NCBI GenBank assembly: GCA_023436385.1
Contig: JAEZJH010000582.1
Span: 1-41,490, forward strand
Length of the DNA: 41,490 nt
Reading direction: 5' to 3'
Source of the DNA: Pseudomonadota bacterium
GTDB taxonomy: Bacteria > Myxococcota > Myxococcia > Myxococcales > Vulgatibacteraceae
Shown one piece after another: positions 33,137 to 39,823 of the stretch (positions within the stretch are counted from its first letter, which is position 1; each line of letters opens with the position of its first letter). The notes below the pieces were generated by a model that ran no database searches, was not told where the DNA came from, and saw only the letters and a program-made list of their open reading frames with translations. Position numbers and translations under genes: made by a program.

Positions 33137-33996
33137 GTCTCGCTCCCGGGGCGGCGGAAGTGCGAATGGTCGCGACAGGAGCGGCACGGCTCCTGCGTGG
33201 TCAGCAACAGATGGTCGATGCAGTTGCCGCAGTGGCGACCGTCGCCATCGTCGGGATCAAGCCGCCTCCCGCCCGCGTCCGGCTGCCACTCGCCACCCAG
33301 CCACTCCTGGTGCGGAGACTCGTGCCCGGCGGGCCTGTCGCAGATGCCGACCATCCCGCCACGGTAGGCGAACGGCGCGTCGCACCGCCTCCCGCCCGCG
33401 TCCGGTGGGGGCTGGGGTGCCGTCACCGTCCCCGCCTCCGTCGCGGCGGGCACCGGCTCCGGGGAGGCGGGAGGGGTGGGCTTGTGCTCGGCGCACTCGC
33501 GGGGCGCGTCTTTGTCGGCCCAGTACGCGCCATCCTTGCCCTTGCAGACGCACCACCTATCGCCCTTGGGCGATGGCCCGCCGTTATGCAGACAGCCGGT
33601 GCAGGTGACGAGCGCTGGCGCTGGTCCTGGGGAGGCGGACGGGGTGCGGAGGGGGTGGTCGTGCGGGAGGAAGTCGCGGAGGCTGCCCGTGTGGCCCGCG
33701 ATCGTCGTCGCCATGACGGCCAGTTCGTTGGCGCGCGTCCGGTAGCGCTCGACGGTCCTGGGGTTGCTCCCTGGCGGGAAGTGCCCCATCGACTCGCGGT
33801 ACTCCTTCTCGAACTGCCACAGGAATGCAACGCAGTCGGCCCGCTCCTCCTCCCGCACCGCCCGCTCGTGGTCCGCGAGGCCGGAGCGGAGGCGGGTGGC
33901 GAGGGCGCGATGGTTCTTGACCGTCATCGTGAACTGGCCGTCGAAGCGGTCGATCACCTGCGCCGCCTCCTCGACCGTCTTCGGGTACGCGCTCAT
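33133..33996 (-). CDS. Hypothetical Cys/Pro-rich protein ending in RPGSET
   Basis: ATGA overlap at 33993-33996. Contains an internal 21-nt direct repeat (33262-33282 and 33385-33405). Confidence 0.55.
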   Translation of the reverse strand: MSAYPKTVEEAAQVIDRFDGQFTMTVKNHRALATRLRSGLADHERAVREEERADCVAFLWQFEKEYRESMGHFPPGSNPRTVERYRTRANELAVMATTIAGHTGSLRDFLPHDHPLRTPSASPGPAPALVTCTGCLHNGGPSPKGDRWCVCKGKDGAYWADKDAPRECAEHKPTPPASPEPVPAATEAGTVTAPQPPPDAGGRRCDAPFAYRGGMVGICDRPAGHESPHQEWLGGEWQPDAGGRRLDPDDGDGRHCGNCIDHLLLTTQEPCRSCRDHSHFRRPGSET

Positions 33997-34328
33997 CGCT
34001 CCCACTCCCTCACGTCAACCACCGTCACCGGAAACGCGCCGCGATGCGACGAGCCGGGCGGCACCGCGACGAATCTGGCATCCACCACGTAGCCGCCGCG
34101 CACCGGGACCTTGCGCCACCACTCGCGCGCGGGCGGCTTCGGGGCCGGGTACGTGCCCGCGCCGCCAAGGTCGGTGCGGCCCTCGACCTCTGCCGCAACA
34201 AGCGCCGCCATCACGTCGAGCGGGATGTCGTGGCCGCGCACGTAGAACGCACACGGCCCCTCGCCGTCCTGGCCGTACGTGACATCAAGAGGCCAGTCCT
34301 CGACCGTCTGCGGGTAGGTGTCAGCCAT
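33993..34328 (-). CDS. Hypothetical protein
   Basis: ATG at 34328 follows GGGAGGCGATCG. Confidence 0.5.
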   Translation of the reverse strand: MADTYPQTVEDWPLDVTYGQDGEGPCAFYVRGHDIPLDVMAALVAAEVEGRTDLGGAGTYPAPKPPAREWWRKVPVRGGYVVDARFVAVPPGSSHRGAFPVTVVDVREWER

Positions 34329-34680
34329 CGATCGCCTCCCTCGCCGCCTTCACCGCCGCCTGCGTCGAGGGGGAGAGGTCGGCGCGGATGCCGGTCGCGG
34401 AGCACGCTTCGCACGGGATCGGAATGACGATCGGGCTGCCGTCGTGCTCGTTGCCAACCACCTCCGGGTTCCGTCCGTCCTCGCAGTGCGGGCACCTCCC
34501 CGCCTCGACCAGCGCCTTACGGAGGGCGTCGATCTCGTCGGCGGCTTCGGGCAGGACTCCGTTCCCGACCGCCTCCAGGAGACCGTCGTAGTGGGCCCCG
34601 GTCAGCCCAGATCCGCGCAGCCCGTCCTTCTGCACCGTGCGGATCGTGAAGGCGATCTCGCGCAGTCCGTCAGTCCGCAC
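34321..34680 (-). CDS. Hypothetical protein with CxxC...CxxC
   Basis: GTG at 34680 follows GGGAGGTGGCCC. CPHCEDG...CEAC. Confidence 0.45.
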   Translation of the reverse strand: MRTDGLREIAFTIRTVQKDGLRGSGLTGAHYDGLLEAVGNGVLPEAADEIDALRKALVEAGRCPHCEDGRNPEVVGNEHDGSPIVIPIPCEACSATGIRADLSPSTQAAVKAAREAIDG

Positions 34681-35125
34681 GGGCCACCTCCCGGGAGAGC
34701 AGGGCGCGGGCCCGGCGGAGGTCGCCAAGCGTGTGGCCCTGGTAGAGCCGATCGCTCTCGGCGCCGCACTCCTCGCACTCCATGCCGTCGTCGGCGCAAG
34801 AGAAGACGAGGGCGTCATCAGGGACAGACGTGGCCCACTCGTCCACCTCTTCCGCGAACGGCCTCAGCGCCTCCCGCAACCGCTCGACCTCGGCCTCCAG
34901 CCCCGCGATCCGCGCGCCCTCGTCGGCGTGCTCGGCCACGATGCCGGCGATGGTGCGGTCGCCCATCTCGCCGTCGCGCTCGACCAGGGCGGTGAGGCGG
35001 GCGACCTCGGCGCGGAGGCGGTCGATCTCCCGGGCGCCCTCGCGGACCACGGACGCGCTGAACCACATGCCGCGACGCTGCTCCTCGTGATTGGCGACCC
35101 CTCGCAACCGCTCGGTGATATCCAT
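34670..35125 (-). CDS. Hypothetical coiled-coil protein
   Basis: ATG at 35125 follows AGGAGGAGGGGG. Confidence 0.5.
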   Translation of the reverse strand: MDITERLRGVANHEEQRRGMWFSASVVREGAREIDRLRAEVARLTALVERDGEMGDRTIAGIVAEHADEGARIAGLEAEVERLREALRPFAEEVDEWATSVPDDALVFSCADDGMECEECGAESDRLYQGHTLGDLRRARALLSREVARAD

Positions 35126-35274
35126 TACCCCCTCCTCCTGCACTCTCTCCGCAGCCAGATCGGCGACACGAGCCGCCGGCTCCTGCCGCACTCCACCGTC
35201 ACCAGCCCGCCGGCCACCGCCACCACCAGCCAGCGGCGCCGGCCGTCGTGCCAAATCGATCCCGTCTCGACCAT
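35125..35274 (-). CDS. Small hypothetical protein (49 aa)
   Basis: ATG at 35274 follows GGTAGGAGGCGGCG. Its TAA overlaps the next ATG (TAATG). Not in the ORF track because it is under 60 aa. Confidence 0.35.
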   Translation of the reverse strand: MVETGSIWHDGRRRWLVVAVAGGLVTVECGRSRRLVSPIWLRRECRRRG

Positions 35275-35330
35275 CGCCGCCTCCTACCGGCCCGCCCCTC
35301 CGGCGAGAGGAGCGGACCGGGCAGATACGG

Positions 35331-35828
35331 CTAGAAGGGGATGTCATCCTGCGGGCGAGTCGGCCGGGCGGCGGGCTGCGTCTGCCCCATGCCGGCAGCG
35401 GGCGCGGCGCGGCGACCGGGCTCGAGGCCCATGATCTTCCCTCGCAGGCCGGCGGCGAACGAGGCGAGCTTGTCGCCCGTGACCCGGTTCGCCATCGCCA
35501 TGCCGCCCAGGGAGTTGACCCACTTCACCTTGGTCTGGATTCGCCCCTGGTACTCCTCGTGCTCGACAACGATCTGCACCTCGCGCTGGTCGAGCCCGCC
35601 GCCGTTGTTGTCCAGCTCGGTGATGTCGGAACCCTGCCACCCCATCGCCCGGAGCGCCTTGAGCGTGAACTCGAGCGCGCCGTCCGTGAAGTATCCGTAG
35701 TAGGTGATGTAGGTCCCGGGCTCCTGGTCGAGCAGTTCGAACACGACGCCGATCTGCATCGTCCCGGTCCCGGCCTCTCCGACTCCCCACTCGACCGCGC
35801 GAGCGCGGTGCTTGCCTGCCTCGATCAC
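35331..35828 (-). CDS. Single-stranded-DNA-binding-type protein (DUF669-like) with a bacterial-SSB-like C-terminal tip DDIPF
   Basis: Sits directly downstream of the Sak4-like ATPase, as DUF669 genes usually do. A Gly/Pro/Ala-rich linker leads to the terminal ...PQDDIPF. Confidence 0.6.
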   Translation of the reverse strand: MIEAGKHRARAVEWGVGEAGTGTMQIGVVFELLDQEPGTYITYYGYFTDGALEFTLKALRAMGWQGSDITELDNNGGGLDQREVQIVVEHEEYQGRIQTKVKWVNSLGGMAMANRVTGDKLASFAAGLRGKIMGLEPGRRAAPAAGMGQTQPAARPTRPQDDIPF

Positions 35829-36787
35829 TTCGTCACCTCCACCTTCGATTGCAGCCAGTTGAGCAACTGCGCCAGCTTCACCGCGTCGTTGCCCGCCTTC
35901 TCGAGCGCTTCGATCGCCCGGTCCCCGAACTCACCGGCATCCGCCGCGAGCGTCTCGATTTCCGCGCGGAGCTTCGCGGGGTCGGCCACCTGGCCGGACC
36001 GGACGGCAGCGAAGAAGTCGGGCCAGGAGAGCGGCAGGCGCTCCGGCAGCGAGTAGCGGTTCTTGGCGTCCCATGCCGCGGAGTGCGTCGTATGCAGGAG
36101 CCGCGCGCCGGTCGAGACACCGCGGACACGCTTGGTTTTCTCGTTCTTCGCGGCGATCGTCTCGTAGTTCGCGAAGAGGACCGCATCGACCCACTCGCGG
36201 AGGAGCCCCGCGGCCTTCGCGTGGAGCTTCATCTCGTAGCGGTCGTAGTCCTCGTCCATCGGGTTCTTGAACGTCTTGAGCCAGGAGTGGGCGAGCAAAA
36301 CGATGTGCATCTGCTTGGCCCGGCGAAGCGCCTCGAGCGAGGCCAGCAGGATCCGCCACTCGTCCACCGCGGCGATGTATCCCTTGCCGAACCCGAAGTC
36401 CTCGATGTTCGCCTTGCCGCCCTTCCGGCAGACCTCGGCCCAGACCAGCGGCTCGAGCCAATCGAGCGTGTCGAGCACCAGGGTCTTGAAGTCGTGGTCC
36501 GCAGCGGTGAGGTCGCGCACCGCCTCGACCGCCTCGGAGAAGGACTCGGGCTGCGGGTAGCGGGCCACGTCGAGACAGCCGGTCCCGTCTTCCGCGCCGA
36601 TGAAGATCGGATTCGGAGCGTTCGCGCCGAAGGTGGACTTGCCCACGCCCTCGACGCCGTAGAGGAGCACGCGGACCGGCGCGGCCTGGACGCCCCGGGT
36701 GATGTTCGCGAGCGTCATGCGGCTCGGCTTGGCCGGTAGTGGGGGCTGCTGCTGGGGCTGCTGGGTGCGCTGCTGGGGGAGTGCCAT
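35825..36787 (-). CDS. Sak4-like RecA-family ATPase (AAA_24)
   Basis: VLLYGVEGVGKSTFG is a Walker A and TLVLDTLDWLE a Walker B. Phage recombination-module context. Confidence 0.8.
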   Translation of the reverse strand: MALPQQRTQQPQQQPPLPAKPSRMTLANITRGVQAAPVRVLLYGVEGVGKSTFGANAPNPIFIGAEDGTGCLDVARYPQPESFSEAVEAVRDLTAADHDFKTLVLDTLDWLEPLVWAEVCRKGGKANIEDFGFGKGYIAAVDEWRILLASLEALRRAKQMHIVLLAHSWLKTFKNPMDEDYDRYEMKLHAKAAGLLREWVDAVLFANYETIAAKNEKTKRVRGVSTGARLLHTTHSAAWDAKNRYSLPERLPLSWPDFFAAVRSGQVADPAKLRAEIETLAADAGEFGDRAIEALEKAGNDAVKLAQLLNWLQSKVEVTK

Positions 36788-36789
36788 CG

Positions 36790-37743
36790 TTACGCTCCAA
36801 GCTCGGGGTGGACTTCCTCGAGCTTCCGAAAGAGGGTGGGGTCATCGAGCGAGGCTTCGCCCGTGCAGGCAGGGAAGAACGAACACGTCCCGAACCGACA
36901 GCACGCCTCGGGGTTGCGCGGGTGCCGGCCGGTGAGCTGCGACTCGCGGATCTGCCGGGCCAGGTCCCACCGATCGTGCCGGGCCTCGTCGAGCTCCAGG
37001 TCGAGCCGCGTCACCTCGCCGCGCTGGTAGTAGCGGGTCGGGTCCTCGGCCACGGCCTCGGCCAGCCGGGCCTGGAACTCGGCGGGGGTTTCGTCGGCGT
37101 CACGCTGGTTCGCGTAGAGGGTGCCGTCCTTCTTGAACTTGCGCTGGTCGGCCGGTGTCGCCAGGTAGGGCCGCAGCGCCGGCTTCCGCAGCACGTCGTA
37201 GAGGCAGGCTTCCACGTTGAAGCCAAGCGAGGCGGCACCGTCGAAGTAGAGGCTCACCTGGCCGTCGAGACGCAGCCGCTTCCAGTAGTCGCTGCCGATC
37301 CCGATGTCCTCGGAGGTGGTCTTGTGCTCGACCAGGATCACCCTACCGGCCATCCTCACCACCGCATCCACCTTGCCGGCGAGGTCGAAGGTCTGCGACT
37401 CCCGGCCGGTGTCGGGGTTGATGAGAGAGCAGCGGAACTGCGACTCCACCGCCAGCGTCTCGAACACCTCGCCGCCCCACCGCTCGTCGTAGCCGCAGAG
37501 CAACACGGTGGCGCGGGCGAGGTCGAACGGGTCGGCCGGCTCGGCGTTGATCGCCGCGAGCGCGTCGGTGAGGCGGGCATCGGGGGCGGCGGTGAACCAC
37601 GCCTCCAGCCCGCGGTGGATCAGCGAGCCGAACCGGAGCGCGTCCTGCTCTTTCACGGCCCGGTAGCCGCGGTTGTATTCGAGGTCGTGCAGCCGCTGGC
37701 AGGCGCGGACGGCGCGGAGGCGGCTGTGGGTGAGGAGCTGCAT
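36790..37743 (-). CDS. PD-(D/E)XK exonuclease, Cas4/RecB-like, with C-terminal Cys cluster
   Basis: DLAGKVDAV...ILVEHKTT is a D..ExK core. C-terminal CCRFGTCSFFPAC plus an N-terminal Cys (RACQ) fit a Cas4-type Fe-S arrangement. ATG at 37743 lies 6 nt after GGAG. Confidence 0.75.
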   Translation of the reverse strand: MQLLTHSRLRAVRACQRLHDLEYNRGYRAVKEQDALRFGSLIHRGLEAWFTAAPDARLTDALAAINAEPADPFDLARATVLLCGYDERWGGEVFETLAVESQFRCSLINPDTGRESQTFDLAGKVDAVVRMAGRVILVEHKTTSEDIGIGSDYWKRLRLDGQVSLYFDGAASLGFNVEACLYDVLRKPALRPYLATPADQRKFKKDGTLYANQRDADETPAEFQARLAEAVAEDPTRYYQRGEVTRLDLELDEARHDRWDLARQIRESQLTGRHPRNPEACCRFGTCSFFPACTGEASLDDPTLFRKLEEVHPELGA

Positions 37744-37838
37744 CGTCTTCTCCATAAGGGTTCGGACCCGGCACGGGACCATCCCGCCGCTCCTGGCGCT
37801 CCCGGGGGTGGGGGAGGCCGGGTCCGTAAATCGAAGAA

Positions 37839-37985
37839 CTAGCGGTACTTGGTCCGCTTGCAGCGCCGGCACGTCGCGACAAGCAGCTCGACCTCGTGCG
37901 GCCAGCGTTCCCGGTGCGTCGAATAGGTGCCGCCGCAACGGCAACGCCCGATCAGCCGGAACCAGCAGGACATGAGGAGGGCCAT
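37839..37985 (-). CDS. Small Cys-rich protein (48 aa)
   Basis: TGATG-type overlap with the upstream stop. CRCGG...CRRC. Confidence 0.4.
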   Translation of the reverse strand: MALLMSCWFRLIGRCRCGGTYSTHRERWPHEVELLVATCRRCKRTKYR

Positions 37986-38179
37986 CACGGCACGCTCCTC
38001 TTCTCGCCCTCGCTCGCCAGGGCGTGAAGAACCAGCGTGTTGCCCCACGCCTCGATCAGCTTCTCGAGCGCGATGGCTTCGGCCTTCCGGTCGGCGGCGG
38101 TCGCCAGCGACATCAGCCGGGCGCGGATGTCGTCCTTGATGCTCAACGAGGCGTCGAGCGCGTCGAGCGTGTAGCTCAC
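37985..38179 (-). CDS. Hypothetical protein (64 aa)
   Basis: GTGA overlap at 38176-38179. Confidence 0.45.
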   Translation of the reverse strand: MSYTLDALDASLSIKDDIRARLMSLATAADRKAEAIALEKLIEAWGNTLVLHALASEGEKRSVP

Positions 38180-38364
38180 GACTGCATCCTCCGCGCCGCC
38201 AGCTCCTGCGCCGCGTCGAGAGCGCTCGCCACGCCCGCCTCGTAGCAGCGGGCGCGGATCCGCGTCAGCAGCTCGCGCGCCGCCTCGCGGTGGACGGCCG
38301 GGACGAGCAACAGAAGCGCGTCGTTCGGCGTCCTGGGCTGTTCGATCCTGGGTTCCACGGACAC
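38176..38364 (-). CDS. Hypothetical protein, first gene of the leftward early operon
   Basis: GTG at 38364 or, better spaced from GGAGG, GTG at 38358. Confidence 0.45.
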   Translation of the reverse strand: MSVEPRIEQPRTPNDALLLLVPAVHREAARELLTRIRARCYEAGVASALDAAQELAARRMQS

Positions 38365-38544
38365 ACCTCCCCCGGCCCCGGCGATCCGGGGTCTTCTCTG
38401 CGTTCGACTGCTGGGGAATCGACCTCGACTAGCCTGCCGCTCGCTCCCGCCCCGCCCGGCCGTCCGGCGACTAAGAAGTCGCCGGCTCTTTCAACCCTCC
38501 GCCCCGCACTCCGACCCGCGGCGGTTTGGTAGCGAACGCCCCGG

Positions 38545-38574
38545 AACATACACACGAACGTGTGTGCTCGTCAA
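38545..38574 (-). promoter_or_regulatory. PL-like early leftward promoter: TTGACG, 18 nt, TATGTT
   Basis: The reverse complement of 38545-38580 reads gcgcgcTTGACGagcacacacgttcgtgtgTATGTT. Confidence 0.65.
38550..38565. promoter_or_regulatory. Operator OL: perfect 16-bp palindrome ACACACG-AA-CGTGTGT inside the PL spacer
   Basis: Perfect 7+7-bp inverted repeat. The same half-sites recur at 39417-39432. Confidence 0.65.
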
Positions 38575-38610
38575 GCGCGCGACGGCCAGCCTCTCATGCG
38601 GGCGTATTTG

Positions 38611-38826
38611 CTAGGGCTTTGCGGAAGGCTCGGCCAGGAAGGCGGCGAGCTCGACCCGGGCCATCTCGACGCGGCGCGCGGTTGCGGCTGCGGTGCTGGC
38701 TCGGGCCACGTACAGCGTCCCGTCGAGATAGGTGGCACGCAGACCGTAAAGCGGCCTGCGGACGATTACGACGGGGATCGCATCGACTCCATCGGCGGCG
38801 ACAGCTCGAGCGGCGGCAACACCCAC
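38611..38826 (-). CDS. Hypothetical protein downstream of the repressor gene
   Basis: GTG at 38826 follows AGGGAGG. Good GC3. Confidence 0.45.
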   Translation of the reverse strand: MGVAAARAVAADGVDAIPVVIVRRPLYGLRATYLDGTLYVARASTAAATARRVEMARVELAAFLAEPSAKP

Positions 38827-38927
38827 GGACCCCTCCCTGGCGATGTACCGGGGAGCGTATCATTCGGGGCCGACATCGGGCGTTCGCCACCCGACGTTCG
38901 GTCCAAATCGTGGGATGGGCGCCCTCC

Positions 38928-39335
38928 CTACCGTCGTCCCTTCTCGGAACGGTAGAGAATTAAGAGCGCCCCGTAGGCCGCAGCGGAGGGCGTGGAGCCC
39001 AGGAAAAGCGGAGCCCGGCGCAGGGCGGCCTTCTCCTCGTCGGAGCAATCCTGTCCGGCCGCCGACGCCAGGAACACCCGGAGGGCCGGCGGCTCGTCGG
39101 TCGGCGCGATCAGGTCATCGACCGACAGCCCGAAGGCACTGGCGAGCCCGGCGATCGTCTTGGTAGCGGGGCGCTGGCGCTCGCCCCGCTCGATCATCGA
39201 GACGTGCTGGTAGGTCTTAAGACCCGCACGCTTAGCCAGATCCAGCTGCGACCAGCCGCGCGCCTCGCGCTCCGCCTTGACCCTGCGCCCGAGCGCTTTG
39301 GGGTCCACGGCCGGGCTGTCCCCCTCGGTTCCCAT
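38928..39335 (-). CDS. CI-like repressor, XRE-family HTH
   Basis: LGRRVKAEREARGWSQLDLAKRAGLKTYQHVSMIERGERQRPATKTIAGLASAFGLSVDDL is a canonical XRE HTH. Divergent from the cro-like gene. Alternative start ATG at 39365. Confidence 0.8.
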   Translation of the reverse strand: MGTEGDSPAVDPKALGRRVKAEREARGWSQLDLAKRAGLKTYQHVSMIERGERQRPATKTIAGLASAFGLSVDDLIAPTDEPPALRVFLASAAGQDCSDEEKAALRRAPLFLGSTPSAAAYGALLILYRSEKGRR

Positions 39336-39406
39336 GCCGCGACCGTATGTGATCCGACCCCCCATCTCAACGTAAACGTCCGTGTTCCTTCGGCTATTCG
39401 GTGTGC

Positions 39407-39436
39407 TCGCCAGGCCACACACGATCGTGTTAGAAT
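39407..39436 (+). promoter_or_regulatory. PR-like early rightward promoter: TCGCCA, 18 nt, TAGAAT
   Basis: tcgccaggccacacacgatcgtgtTAGAAT. The -10 lies 27 nt upstream of the cro-like GTG, with GGGAGG in between. Confidence 0.55.
39417..39432. promoter_or_regulatory. Operator OR: ACACACG-AT-CGTGTTA (12 of 14 half-site positions match OL) inside the PR spacer
   Basis: Same half-sites and 2-nt centre as 38550-38565. Contains the perfect 12-bp core ACACGATCGTGT. Confidence 0.6.
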
Positions 39437-39463
39437 CCGGGGCATTTCGGGAGGAATCCGACA

Positions 39464-39823
39464 GTGCCCTGCAATCCACTTCGTGCGTGGCTTGACTCCT
39501 CGGAGGTGTCGGCGGCGGACCTTGCCGCCCGATGCTCGCGCCTGGATCGGCGGCGAGTAACGCCCCAACAGGTCCACAACTGGGCGCGCGTGCGCTGCCC
39601 ACATCTGGCCACTCGCCGTCTTCTCGCCCGCGCCACTCGCGGAGCCGTTCCGCTGTCTGCATGGCCTGTCCCCCCGAGCGACCGCGCCTGCGATCACCCT
39701 ACCCATGAGACGCATGGGGGGCAGCGATCCCCTTCTGCCGATCGGGCTGCCGGTGTTGGTCGGGGGGTGGGGTCCGGCAGGGGTATTGACGGTGCTGTGC
39801 CGGCCGGGGGTGAGGCGCCATGA
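39464..39823 (+). CDS. Cro/YdaS-like HTH regulator
   Basis: GTG lies 9 nt after GGGAGG. VTPQQVHNWARVRCPHLATRRLLARATRGAVPLSAW matches the YdaS/Cro pattern (V..W....P......IE.aT.G.V). Stop overlaps the next ATG (ATGA). Confidence 0.6.
   Translation: MPCNPLRAWLDSSEVSAADLAARCSRLDRRRVTPQQVHNWARVRCPHLATRRLLARATRGAVPLSAWPVPPSDRACDHPTHETHGGQRSPSADRAAGVGRGVGSGRGIDGAVPAGGEAP

Noticed and set aside
33262-33405. 21-nt direct repeat CCGCCTCCCGCCCGCGTCCGG, 123 nt apart.
   Set aside because: Both copies are in-frame within one gene (PDAGGRR repeated). This is an internal domain duplication rather than a regulatory repeat.
38464-38485. The hairpin as part of a tRNA or tRNA-like gene.
   Set aside because: It has an 8-bp stem and a 6-nt loop, with no acceptor or T-arm (no GTTCRANNC-like box) in the flanks. 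No tRNA-like sequence was noticed anywhere in the window.
38526-38963. Plus-strand ORFs 38526..38963 and 38560..38955 between PL and the repressor gene.
   Set aside because: Their products are Arg/Gly-rich, they have no RBS, and they are antisense to a better ORF (38611..38826, with RBS AGGGAGG). They also span the promoter/operator.
39365-39662. N-terminal extension of the repressor ORF up to 39662 (244 aa in the ORF track).
   Set aside because: The extension would run through the PR/operator region and the start of the cro-like gene. It is low in complexity. The HTH domain begins shortly after ATG 39335 (alternative 39365).
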